In this document: piece by piece, positions 18,572 to 26,711 of the stretch
Numbering within the stretch: position 1 is the stretch's first letter
Layout: each line of letters opens with the position of its first letter
Assembly (NCBI RefSeq): GCF_003044035.1
Contig: NZ_NVQC01000009.1
Coordinates: 1-32,000, forward strand
Source of the DNA: Candidatus Methylomirabilis limnetica
GTDB taxonomy: Bacteria > Methylomirabilota > Methylomirabilia > Methylomirabilales > Methylomirabilaceae
DNA: 32,000 nucleotides
Direction of reading: 5' to 3'
Position numbers and translations under genes: made by a program
The notes under the pieces: generated by a model
Told to the model about the DNA's origin: nothing
What the model saw: only the letters and a program-made list of their open reading frames with translations
Databases searched by the model: none

Positions 18572-19672
18572 TTAGATCCTCATCGGCATAATCACGCAAG
18601 TGTAGCGCTTGTCGTCTTTTCCGGCAAACAGTGCCGGGCTGAGCGGATCCTGCAACCGGATCGTCGCCTGCTCGGTTGTGAGTACGCCCAGGAAGTCCAG
18701 GATGTACCGTGCGTTAAACCCTGTACTCATCTCTTCGTGCTGATACTCGACGTCGAGGCGTTCTCGCGCCTCTCCAAGGTCGAGATTCACGCAACTAAGG
18801 AGGAGTTTTCCGGGGGTGAGCTTCATTGTTGTGGGGAGGGCACGCTCGCCCAAGACGGTGGAGGTCCGGCGAAGCCCGGCCAAGAACGCCTCACGGTTTA
18901 CTGTGACCTCTTTTGTTGCGTTTGCGGGGATGACCTGTTCGTAGTTAGGAAACTGTCCCTCGATGAGGCGCGCATCAATCAGGGTATCGTCGGTATGGAG
19001 TAGGAGATGGTTCTCTGAGATCTCAACTGTGATCTCGCCGGGTTCTTCTCGCAATAGTTTGAGCGTCTCTGCCGCGGCCTTCCGTGGGATAATTGCCTCC
19101 ATTGGGCTACCATCTTTTAACACGTCACAGTCTATGGTGGTCATGGCGAGCCGATGACCGTCGGTGGCCACCATCCGGACATCCGTCGGCGTCACGCGAA
19201 AAAGGATCCCGTTCAAGGTGTAGCGAGTTTGGTCATAGGAAACCGCGAATAGCGTGCGGCGAATCATGTCGCGGAATAGGCGGCGATCAAGAACAATTCC
19301 TTTCTGCTTGGGTTCGCGCATTACAGGAAAGTCGTCGCGTGATAGACCTTTTATTCTAAATTCTGAGCTTCCACATGTGATGGTTGCTGTCAGGTCCGCG
19401 TCGACTGTCAGATCTACAGATGTTGCGGGGAGTTCGCGAACAATTTCATACAGTTTTCTCGCTGAAAGTGCAATCGATCCTTCCTTCAACACCTGCGCTG
19501 GCACTCGTTTCCGCACCCCAACATCCAAATCTGTTCCAAATACCGAGAGGCATGGAGGGGAAGTTTCGAGAAGGAGGTGGGAGAGGATGGGAAGACTTCG
19601 TTTGGTTTCTACAACAGCTTGGATTGGCCCGACACCATTAAGCAGATCATCACGCAACACCTTAATGTGCAT
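18572..19672 (-). CDS. dnaN: DNA polymerase III beta sliding clamp
   Basis: 366 aa, three-domain clamp, MHIKVLRDDL... to ...PMRI; ATG start. Confidence 0.93.
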   Translation of the reverse strand: MHIKVLRDDLLNGVGPIQAVVETKRSLPILSHLLLETSPPCLSVFGTDLDVGVRKRVPAQVLKEGSIALSARKLYEIVRELPATSVDLTVDADLTATITCGSSEFRIKGLSRDDFPVMREPKQKGIVLDRRLFRDMIRRTLFAVSYDQTRYTLNGILFRVTPTDVRMVATDGHRLAMTTIDCDVLKDGSPMEAIIPRKAAAETLKLLREEPGEITVEISENHLLLHTDDTLIDARLIEGQFPNYEQVIPANATKEVTVNREAFLAGLRRTSTVLGERALPTTMKLTPGKLLLSCVNLDLGEARERLDVEYQHEEMSTGFNARYILDFLGVLTTEQATIRLQDPLSPALFAGKDDKRYTCVIMPMRI

Positions 19673-20141
19673 GTATCCCCCACCTCGTCAAAAGCGTTAA
19701 AGGACTCTTCTATAAATATACGTAGATAAGATTATAAAAAGATCGGAGTAGTAATAGGGGCACTGGAAATGTGGAAAAGCCGGCCGACACCCAAATTCAC
19801 ACGTCTTACACAAGGTCAACTCCACGGCGAGTGCTGTGAATAAACTATACAAGTACTAGCAGTGTCAACAGATTTCCACAGGCGACCCCCAGAAAACGAC
19901 AGCTTGTTAACATTGCGCACTTACACACACCTTGTCCACACCTGTTGAAAACTTATATAGCTTTAAATATCGACACTTAGAAGAAAATCCTATCAAAGAG
20001 AGCAAAAAGAAGGTAGCAATAGCCAACGCGGTCGTCTCCATCCGCTATTTAGGCTTGACAGCAGGGATGGTGCAGGCTATATTGACGCTTGCTTTCATCG
20101 TTAACAGAGGAGTTAACCGTACTGTTCAATGGGGACTCACC
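19673..20141. other. candidate chromosomal replication origin (oriC-like DnaA-box cluster plus AT-rich stretch)
   Basis: Near-consensus DnaA boxes at 19770-19778 (TTTTCCACA, bottom strand), 19835-19843 (TTATTCACA, bottom strand), 19872-19880 (ATTTCCACA) and 19932-19940 (TTGTCCACA); AT-rich 19707-19744; gene orientation switches completely at this spacer. Confidence 0.6.
20055..20083 (+). promoter_or_regulatory. sigma70-type promoter for rpmH
   Basis: TTGACA (20055-20060), 17-nt spacer, TATATT (20078-20083), 58 nt upstream of the rpmH ATG. Confidence 0.6.
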
Positions 20142-20276
20142 ATGAAACGGACATACCAACCTAACAATCGTAAGAGAAAACGAACACACGGCTTCCTTGC
20201 TCGAATGAGCACCCCCAATGGCCGAAAGGTCCTCAGTAGAAGAAGGGCAAAAGGCCGAAAAAGACTCACCGTGTGA
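20142..20276 (+). CDS. rpmH: 50S ribosomal protein L34
   Basis: [44 protein letters not shown], 44 aa; the longer track ORF from 19932 is a spurious upstream extension. Confidence 0.95.
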   Translation: MKRTYQPNNRKRKRTHGFLARMSTPNGRKVLSRRRAKGRKRLTV

Positions 20277-20346
20277 GCTTGCCCTACGCTTCCACCGAGC
20301 GCTGCCACCCCAATCACTCTCAAGCGCAAGAGATCGATCGGTAGAG

Positions 20347-20712
20347 ATGCGAAAATCGGAGTTGGGACGTGCAGCCCGACTAAGAAGGGCTTGTAGCAGT
20401 GGCTACTTTACTCTCTACGCAGGGTTTCCGTCAACTAAAAAACAAGAGCTCAGGCTAGCTTTTGGGGCGCGCGTAGGTACGGCGCCAGTTCGGAATAAAG
20501 CAAAGCGCATGGCGCGCGAGACCTTTCGGCTGAATCGTCATCAGCTTCCCATGGGTATTGAAGTTCTGATTAGTGCCAAAAAGGGCATTGGTGCTCTTAG
20601 CCGACGCGATATGAGATGGCAGATCCTCGACCTCTTCAAACATGCGTGCAAACTCTCACCCCCTAGCGCCTCCGAAGCAGTTCGGCCGGATGATGCCAGC
20701 GAACATCGCTAG
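20347..20712 (+). CDS. rnpA: ribonuclease P protein component
   Basis: Follows rpmH; MRKSELGRAARLRR...FTLYA and the basic NKAKRMARE region fit RnpA. Start taken at ATG 20347 and could be upstream at a non-ATG codon. Confidence 0.8.
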   Translation: MRKSELGRAARLRRACSSGYFTLYAGFPSTKKQELRLAFGARVGTAPVRNKAKRMARETFRLNRHQLPMGIEVLISAKKGIGALSRRDMRWQILDLFKHACKLSPPSASEAVRPDDASEHR

Positions 20713-20905
20713 GGGGATTCTGCTGGTGTACAAGACGATTGTATCGCCGCTACTCCCCCAGTCCTGCAGGTTCTACCCTTCTTGCGCCGATTATGCCTCT
20801 GAGGCAATCGGCCGTTACGGACTGGCGCGAGGTATGCTTTTCGCCGTACGTCGTCTGGCCCGATGTCACCCGTGGTGCCAGGGCGGATACGACCCGGTGA
20901 AATAG
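20690..20905 (+). CDS. yidD: membrane protein insertion efficiency factor YidD
   Basis: YKTIVSPLLPQSCRFYPSCADYASEAI...RCHPWCQGGYDPV signature; start trimmed to ATG 20690; overlaps the rnpA 3' end. Confidence 0.88.
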   Translation: MMPANIARGILLVYKTIVSPLLPQSCRFYPSCADYASEAIGRYGLARGMLFAVRRLARCHPWCQGGYDPVK

Positions 20906-20950
20906 GCGGCCACCCTTTTGGGCTTACGGTTTCGGGAATAGGAGCTTTAC

Positions 20951-22612
20951 ATGACGACACAGGTACGGGCACTGTTGGCGACCGCCCTTGCGACCATTAT
21001 ACTTTTTGCCGGGCAGTACCTCATACCGTCCCCCTTTGAGGCGCCAGGCCCAGTGAGCGAGCAGGCCGTCCCTGCAGCAGCAAAATCCTCCACGGCTCCA
21101 TCGGGCACAACCCCTTCTCCCACAGACGGACTTCACGTGCAGAAGGCTCCGCCCAGGGCGCCGGAGCGAGAAGTGATCGTGGAGACGGATATCGTGAGGG
21201 CCGTCTTAACATCACGGGGGGGGACGCTGAAGAGCTGGCGGCTCAAGCCGTACCCGGTCGCTGATGGGCAGGGGGTAAACCTCGTCGCCCCCCCACAGGA
21301 AGACCTTCCTGGCCCGCTTTTGGTGTCCAGCGGGAGCTCCGAGGATCCGGCGCCACTAGACTTTGACATCGATAAAGCGCAAATCAACCTCCGCTCGTCG
21401 TCCGAGACCGGGTCGATTCTATTCTCTTCGCGGGGAAGCGGGCCCCTTCAACTTTCCAAGCGCCTGACTTTCAAGGGCAACAGCTACCGCGTTGAGGTTG
21501 AGCTCTCCTGGAAAAACGCCGGCAAGAAGCCGATGACCATCACACCGGAACTCACGTGGGGCCCAGGATTCTATAGCGACGTCAGCGATCAGCGCGCGCA
21601 GGTGCTATCGTCTGCCAGTTGGATAGATGGCCGCCGTGTGACGGACGACATCGGAAGCCTCCAGGGCGTCGCCACCCATAGCGGGAAGGTGTCATGGACA
21701 GCCCTTCAGAACCTCTACTTCGCCGCAGCGCTCTTGCCTGAGGATAAGGGGAGCGCGGCGACGCTGCGCAAAGGACCGCAGGAGCAACCGATTATTGCTC
21801 TCGTTGCTCCAACGCAGATCCTTGAGCCAGGAGGGGAACTGACCCAGCGCTTTGCCCTCTATGGTGGGCCGAAGGACGTCGACCACCTGAAGGTCGCCGG
21901 GTCGGATTTGAGTAAGCTCTTGGACCTTGGGTGGTTCGACGCGCTCGCCCGTCCTGCGCTTCACCTCATGCGCTTCCTGTATCGCCTCAGCGGCAACTAC
22001 GGCGTCGCCATTATCCTGATCAGTCTGCTGCAAAAGATTGTCCTCCATCCTCTTACCGCAAAAAGTCTCCGGTCGATGCAAGAAATGAAGGCCCTACAAC
22101 CGAAGATAGCCGTCATTTCGGAGCGGAACAAAAACAATGCGCAGAAGAAGCAGCAAGAGACGATGGCGCTGTATAAGAAGCACGGGATTAACCCTCTGGG
22201 CGGGTGCCTCCCCATGCTCGTTCAAATCCCTATTTTTATTGCCCTGTATAACGCCCTCTCGAGCTCAGTAGAGATGTGGCGGGCCCCTTTCCTCTGGATC
22301 CGTGACCTCTCGCAACCGGACGCGCTTTTCACGATTGACGTGTGGGGCTTGAAGGACTACCCATTTAACCTCTTGGCGCTTTTCATGGGCGCCAGCATGT
22401 TCCTCCAGCAAAAGATGTCCCCTAGCGTGGGCGATCCGCAGCAGGCGAAGCTCATGCTGTATATGATGCCGATCATGTTCACTTTCATGTTTTGGACGTT
22501 CCCCTCAGGTCTTGTGCTGTATTGGCTTATAAACAACGTCCTCCAGGTGGGTCAGCAGCACTGGCTGCAGAAGCGGGGGAAGCCCGTACTGGGCGGGTTG
22601 GAGGAGACCTGA
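20951..22612 (+). CDS. yidC: membrane protein insertase YidC
   Basis: 553 aa, N-terminal TM, large periplasmic domain, conserved C-terminal 5-TM core (GCLPMLVQIPIF..., LVLYWLINNVL). Confidence 0.93.
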   Translation: MTTQVRALLATALATIILFAGQYLIPSPFEAPGPVSEQAVPAAAKSSTAPSGTTPSPTDGLHVQKAPPRAPEREVIVETDIVRAVLTSRGGTLKSWRLKPYPVADGQGVNLVAPPQEDLPGPLLVSSGSSEDPAPLDFDIDKAQINLRSSSETGSILFSSRGSGPLQLSKRLTFKGNSYRVEVELSWKNAGKKPMTITPELTWGPGFYSDVSDQRAQVLSSASWIDGRRVTDDIGSLQGVATHSGKVSWTALQNLYFAAALLPEDKGSAATLRKGPQEQPIIALVAPTQILEPGGELTQRFALYGGPKDVDHLKVAGSDLSKLLDLGWFDALARPALHLMRFLYRLSGNYGVAIILISLLQKIVLHPLTAKSLRSMQEMKALQPKIAVISERNKNNAQKKQQETMALYKKHGINPLGGCLPMLVQIPIFIALYNALSSSVEMWRAPFLWIRDLSQPDALFTIDVWGLKDYPFNLLALFMGASMFLQQKMSPSVGDPQQAKLMLYMMPIMFTFMFWTFPSGLVLYWLINNVLQVGQQHWLQKRGKPVLGGLEET

Positions 22613-22626
22613 CGGGGGATTTTGCC

Positions 22627-23331
22627 TTGCCAGAGCAGGCGGCCCAACAGAGCGTTACTTGTCGCAAGGAGTTGCTGCGCCGAGGGCTCGATCGGATCGG
22701 CATTAGGCTGACGCCGGCACAGGACGAGGCCTTTGGCGTGTACTTGTCGGAGTTGGTACGATGGGCCTCGCAAGTGAACCTGACCGGGCTGAGGTCTGAG
22801 GAAGCCATCATCCGCGAGGGGTTCCTGCGCTCCCTTAGCTACAGGGTGGCCTTCGAGCCCTTACCGTTGATGAAGGCCATAGACGTTGGGTCGGGCGCGG
22901 GATTCCCGGGCTTGGTCCTCAAGATAGGCTACCCCGCGATCGACATGCTGCTGCTCGAGCCCAGGCGCAAGCGAGCCTCCTTTCTGCGCTCCACAATTCG
23001 ACGACTGGGGCTTACCGGGGTTCGCTGCATTCAGGCGAGGGTCGAGGATCTGCATGGGGATGCCGAGCATCAGGGCAGGTACGCGCTCGCTTTCGCGCGG
23101 GCAGTTGGTCCGGTCCCGGATGTAGTGCGCATGATAGAGCCCCTTCTGGCGCCTAGTGGGCGGCTGATTCTACAGACGGGGCAAAAGACTCGCGACTCGC
23201 TTCCGGCCACGCACCCGTTGCTCGCTGCATTAGGGATGAGGGCGGAGGAGTGCGAGGCCCCTGCCCCCGATGTGGGGTTTCCGCCAACCCGGCTGCTTAT
23301 CCTGGATAGATCGCCCTCCATGGCCCCCTAA
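22627..23331 (+). CDS. rsmG: 16S rRNA (guanine527-N7)-methyltransferase
   Basis: DVGSGAGFPGL SAM-binding motif. The start is uncertain: TTG 22627 chosen as the first start after the yidC stop, while the track TTG at 22492 would overlap yidC by 120 nt. Confidence 0.82.
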   Translation: MPEQAAQQSVTCRKELLRRGLDRIGIRLTPAQDEAFGVYLSELVRWASQVNLTGLRSEEAIIREGFLRSLSYRVAFEPLPLMKAIDVGSGAGFPGLVLKIGYPAIDMLLLEPRRKRASFLRSTIRRLGLTGVRCIQARVEDLHGDAEHQGRYALAFARAVGPVPDVVRMIEPLLAPSGRLILQTGQKTRDSLPATHPLLAALGMRAEECEAPAPDVGFPPTRLLILDRSPSMAP

Positions 23332-23347
23332 TGTTTCACGTGAAACA
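23332..23347. promoter_or_regulatory. parS centromere site (perfect consensus)
   Basis: TGTTTCACGTGAAACA, a 16-bp perfect palindrome matching the TGTTNCACGTGAAACA consensus, immediately after the rsmG stop. Confidence 0.9.
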
Positions 23348-23381
23348 CCCCATGCGGCCGCGACCGCACCACGGCGCACGA

Positions 23382-23426
23382 AAACCCCCTCAATCCCCCT
23401 TTACGAAAGGGGGATTGAGGGGGTTT
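23382..23426. terminator. perfect 21-bp-stem hairpin (probable rsmG terminator or REP-like element)
   Basis: aaaccccctcaatcccccttt-acg-aaagggggattgagggggttt; no trailing T-run on the + strand. Confidence 0.6.
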
Positions 23427-23428
23427 GT

Positions 23429-23463
23429 CTGAGGCTGACGGCTGAACGCTGATTGCTGAATGC
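23429..23463. repeat. five tandem TGANNGC heptamers
   Basis: c-tgaggc-tgacggc-tgaacgc-tgattgc-tgaatgc, directly upstream of the parA Shine-Dalgarno. Confidence 0.75.
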
Positions 23464-23485
23464 TTTTTTATGAGGAAGGGCAGCG

Positions 23486-24256
23486 ATGCGCATCATTGCC
23501 ATTGCGAATCAAAAGGGTGGGGTCGGTAAGACCACAACAGCCGTGAACCTGGCCGCCTCTTTCGCGGCGGAGGAGCAGCGGACGCTCCTCCTCGACCTTG
23601 ACCCGCAGGGCAACGCCACGAGCGCATTAGGGGTCGCACGCGGGGCCGAGCCGGCCGCCTATGACCTGCTCATGGGGGGGGCGAAGGTCGCTGAGGTGGC
23701 GCAGCCAACCTTGGCCGCTGGGCTGGATCTGATTCCGGCTGGGGACCGCCTGATCGGGGCGGAGGTGGAGCTGGCCTTAAGCCCGCATCGGGAAGCTCGC
23801 TTGAAGGATGCGCTGGGCGCCGGAGTGGAAGAGTATGCCTACGTTTTGATCGACTGCCCGCCTTCCCTTGGCCTCCTGACCGTCAATGCCTTGGCAGCGG
23901 CCCACTCAGTCCTTATCCCGCTTCAATGCGAATACTACGCCCTGGAGGGTTTGGCCAGGATCATGGAGGCGATCGCCCTCTGTCGCGTGAGTTTGAACCC
24001 CGGCCTCCAGGTCGAGGGGATCGTCCTGACCATGTATGATATGAGACTGAACATTTGCGAGCAGGTGGAACAGGAGGTGCGGCGTCACTTTCCCCACGCA
24101 GTCCTAAAAACGGTGATTCCCCGAAACGTGCGACTGAGCGAGGCGCCCAGTTTCGGTAAACCGGTCATTATGTATGACAGGCGCTCGGCCGGGGCCGAGA
24201 GCTACCTCCGCTTAGCCAAGGAGATCATCGATGGTGCAACGCAGAGCCCTCGGTAG
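23486..24256 (+). CDS. parA: chromosome partitioning ATPase ParA (Soj)
   Basis: Deviant Walker A KGGVGKTT, 256 aa; ATG with a GAGGAAGGG Shine-Dalgarno. Confidence 0.93.
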   Translation: MRIIAIANQKGGVGKTTTAVNLAASFAAEEQRTLLLDLDPQGNATSALGVARGAEPAAYDLLMGGAKVAEVAQPTLAAGLDLIPAGDRLIGAEVELALSPHREARLKDALGAGVEEYAYVLIDCPPSLGLLTVNALAAAHSVLIPLQCEYYALEGLARIMEAIALCRVSLNPGLQVEGIVLTMYDMRLNICEQVEQEVRRHFPHAVLKTVIPRNVRLSEAPSFGKPVIMYDRRSAGAESYLRLAKEIIDGATQSPR

Positions 24257-25070
24257 GGGGCTGGAGACACTGATCCCCGGAGATGATCCCTCCAGGGCGA
24301 CACAGGTTCGGATCGAAGAGATCGCGACGGGCTCACTCCAGCCCCGCCGCTCTATGAACGACGCCAAGCTCAATGAATTGGCAGCTTCCATCAAGGCCCA
24401 TGGGGTGCTCTTGCCAATCCTCCTTCGTCGAGAAGGCGGTCGGTTAGAGGTGGTTGCAGGGGAGCGGCGCCTGAGGGCAGCGCGGCTTGCAGGACTTGAC
24501 TCGGTCCCGGCCTTGGTGAAAGAGCTCTCCAACAGCCAGGCGCTGGAGGTGGCGTTAATAGAGAATCTGCAGCGGGAGGATCTGAACCCGATCGAGCAGG
24601 CCGAAGCATACCTGAGGCTCCAGGACGAGTTTGGGCTGACCCAGGAAGAGGTGGCTCGTCGGGTGGGTCGGGATCGCTCGTCGGTGGCGAACGCGCTGCG
24701 GCTGCTCAAGCTCCCAAAGCAGGTCCAGGCCGACTTGGTTGAGGGCGTCCTATCGGAAGGGCACGCCCGGGCCCTACTGGGGCTGGAGCAGGGGGCCGAC
24801 CAGATCAGGGCGCGCGCGGAGATAATCCGTCGGGGTCTATCCGTGCGCGCGACCGAAGCGCTGGTCCGGCGGTTGAAACCGGCTGGCAGCCGGGAGCGTC
24901 GTCCCACAGCAAGCGAGCCGGCGATCCGGGCAGCCGAGGACGCCCTTCGGCAGGCGCTCGGGACCAAGGTTCAAATCTGCAAAAAGGGGGCGGGGGGAAC
25001 GATCGAGGTGGAGTTTTACTCGATGGAGGACCTCGATAGAATCTATGAGCGGATCTGTGGGCGCGACTGA
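24231..25070 (+). CDS. parB: chromosome partitioning protein ParB (Spo0J)
   Basis: [16 protein letters not shown] and [14 protein letters not shown] boxes plus an HTH; overlaps the parA 3' end by 26 nt. Confidence 0.93.
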   Translation: MVQRRALGRGLETLIPGDDPSRATQVRIEEIATGSLQPRRSMNDAKLNELAASIKAHGVLLPILLRREGGRLEVVAGERRLRAARLAGLDSVPALVKELSNSQALEVALIENLQREDLNPIEQAEAYLRLQDEFGLTQEEVARRVGRDRSSVANALRLLKLPKQVQADLVEGVLSEGHARALLGLEQGADQIRARAEIIRRGLSVRATEALVRRLKPAGSRERRPTASEPAIRAAEDALRQALGTKVQICKKGAGGTIEVEFYSMEDLDRIYERICGRD

Positions 25071-25078
25071 GCGATGGA

Positions 25079-25094
25079 TGTTGCACGTGAAACA
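25079..25094. promoter_or_regulatory. parS centromere site
   Basis: TGTTGCACGTGAAACA, matching TGTTNCACGTGAAACA; 9 nt after the parB stop. Confidence 0.88.
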
Positions 25095-25102
25095 TTGCAG
25101 GG

Positions 25103-25807
25103 GTGGGTTTGCTTAATCGGGTGGCGAGGGCGCTGGTCTTCCCATTGGAAGATCGGAAGTGGCTGTCGAAAATCGTAGTTGGCGGCAGCGTTGGGCTTCT
25201 TCTGGAGGTCCTCTTTGTGTCCGTTGGCTTCCTGCTTACTCGGGAATTCGCTATTGCGGGGTCCCTGCTGGCGCAGGCGACCAACTTCCCCGCGCTCGGT
25301 TTTGTGCTGCTGGTCTTTCAAGGCACCCTGACAGTCCCCCAAGCAGACTCGATGCCGCCGTGGAGGCAGTGGTCGGCCCTATGTCTGAAGGGGCTGCTGA
25401 TATTTATGCTCGGCATGGCTTACGAGATCATCCCCCTTCTCTTCATCGTCTCCGGCTTCGGCCTTTTGGCGCGAGGGGGCGTGGCGCTGGGCCTCGGCCT
25501 AGTCCTTATGCTGCTCGGAATGCTCGCCGGGATCACAGCCGGATTCTTTCTTCCGATGGGCATTGCGTGCTACCTGGCGGAGCGCCGGCTGGAGGCGGCC
25601 CTTCATCCGGCAGCGATCTGGTCCCGGATCCGAAAAGTGCTCGCCGAGTACGTGGAAGCGTATCTGCTGAGTATCGGCTCGTTTATTGCGGTAGGATTCA
25701 TCGGAACCGTCCCGGCTCTGGGAGCCCTGCTGTGGCCGTTTCTGACGTTCTATCTCTTGGTGGTAGGCGCCCGCCTCTTCGGAGGGATCTGCTCAGAGGC
25801 CGGATAA
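25103..25807 (+). CDS. polytopic membrane protein, DUF4013-like
   Basis: 234 aa, GTG start, about 6 hydrophobic segments; the N-terminal FPLEDRKWLSKIVVGG and PPWRQW..LKGL blocks resemble the DUF4013 family as I remember it. Confidence 0.6.
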   Translation: MGLLNRVARALVFPLEDRKWLSKIVVGGSVGLLLEVLFVSVGFLLTREFAIAGSLLAQATNFPALGFVLLVFQGTLTVPQADSMPPWRQWSALCLKGLLIFMLGMAYEIIPLLFIVSGFGLLARGGVALGLGLVLMLLGMLAGITAGFFLPMGIACYLAERRLEAALHPAAIWSRIRKVLAEYVEAYLLSIGSFIAVGFIGTVPALGALLWPFLTFYLLVVGARLFGGICSEAG

Positions 25808-25924
25808 GAGGTAGCCCGACCGTACTGCATAGGTAGATAGACTGAAGGCTGCAGGTTTTTAGGGGTAAGTCGTGCGTGACCATACAAAACTCCGAAAAGA
25901 TCTTGAATCCACCGGGGGTCCATT

Positions 25925-26082
25925 CCCCGCGGCTTGCCGCGAGTTCGTCATACCGGCGGAAGCCGGTATCCAGAGGGCCCGACTGGATTCCCCCGTATCC
26001 AGTGCGGGGCAGGCGTGTCAAGCACGGAATGACGGGCCAGAACAGAAGACGATACCCTGCAGCTTGTTGCGGGGTAGTTCAT
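25925..26082. repeat. 158-bp multi-hairpin mosaic element, copy B (inverted relative to 15709..15866)
   Basis: Its reverse complement starts atgaactaccccgca and ends gccgcgggg, like copy A; internal hairpin modules are partly exchanged (see findings). Confidence 0.85.
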
Positions 26083-26106
26083 TTGGCTCGATTCGTGCCT
26101 TGCGAG

Positions 26107-26159
26107 ATAATTTAGGACCTTCAGCCTTCAGCCTTCAGCCTAAACACCTGAGTAGCCAC
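26107..26159. repeat. 53-bp repeat unit with three CTTCAGC heptamers (copy 2 of 129..181)
   Basis: ataatttaggaccttcagccttcagccttcagcctaaacacctgagtagccac; 50 nt upstream of the bactofilin start. Confidence 0.85.
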
Positions 26160-26209
26160 GTACCGCATTCACTAACGATCCGCCAACGCAGCAGTGAGGG
26201 GAGGGGACC

Positions 26210-26629
26210 GTGTTTTCGAAGCGAGTAAAACCACCCCAGAATTTTGGAGATATTCGGGCGTTTCTCGGTGAGGGAACCAGTTTCAGCGGGACCTTGCAGT
26301 TCGAAGGGACGGTCCGGCTTGATGGGCGGTTCGAGGGCGATATTTCTGGAGGCGATCTGCTTATCATTGGTGAGACAGCGACTGTCCGGGCGGACATCAA
26401 AGTCGGCTCGCTCGTGGTAGGCGGGCGGCTGGAAGGAAATATCGTGGCGAGAAAGCGGGTGGAGATCCTGTCGACGGCCCAGGTGTCCGGTAGCATCAAA
26501 ACGTCAAGCCTGATCGTTTGCGACGGAGCGGCCCTCAACGGCAGTTGTGAGATGCGGCGGGAAGAGGCAAAGGTTGTGCACTTAAACCAGAAGCGGGGAG
26601 ACGAGGCCCAGGGCATAGGGCTACGCTGA
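26210..26629 (+). CDS. bactofilin (polymer-forming cytoskeletal protein, DUF583)
   Basis: 139 aa, repetitive beta-helix pattern (G.L.FEGTVRLDGRFEGDISG.DLLIIGE.A.V.ADIKV..LVV.G.LEGNI); GTG start with a GAGGGGAGGGGA Shine-Dalgarno. Confidence 0.85.
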   Translation: MFSKRVKPPQNFGDIRAFLGEGTSFSGTLQFEGTVRLDGRFEGDISGGDLLIIGETATVRADIKVGSLVVGGRLEGNIVARKRVEILSTAQVSGSIKTSSLIVCDGAALNGSCEMRREEAKVVHLNQKRGDEAQGIGLR

Positions 26630-26657
26630 AAAATCGAGGGTATAGGGCGTAGAGGCC

Positions 26658-26695
26658 AGTTTCGGGTTGACTCGAAACCCGAAACCCGAAACTCG
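26658..26695. repeat. heptamer-word hairpin (GTTTCGG / CGAAACC family), preceded by TAGGGC words
   Basis: agtttcgggtt-gac-tcgaaacccgaaacccgaaactcg; 26636-26657 gagggtatagggcgtagaggcc belongs to the TAGGG family. Confidence 0.75.
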
Positions 26696-26711
26696 TCTTT
26701 TTGTGGAGCCG

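Noticed and set aside
19932-20141. The 114-aa track ORF 19932..20276 would extend rpmH upstream through the spacer
   Set aside because: L34 is a conserved 44-46 aa protein starting MKRTYQP. The extension crosses the promoter and DnaA-box region and has no homology.
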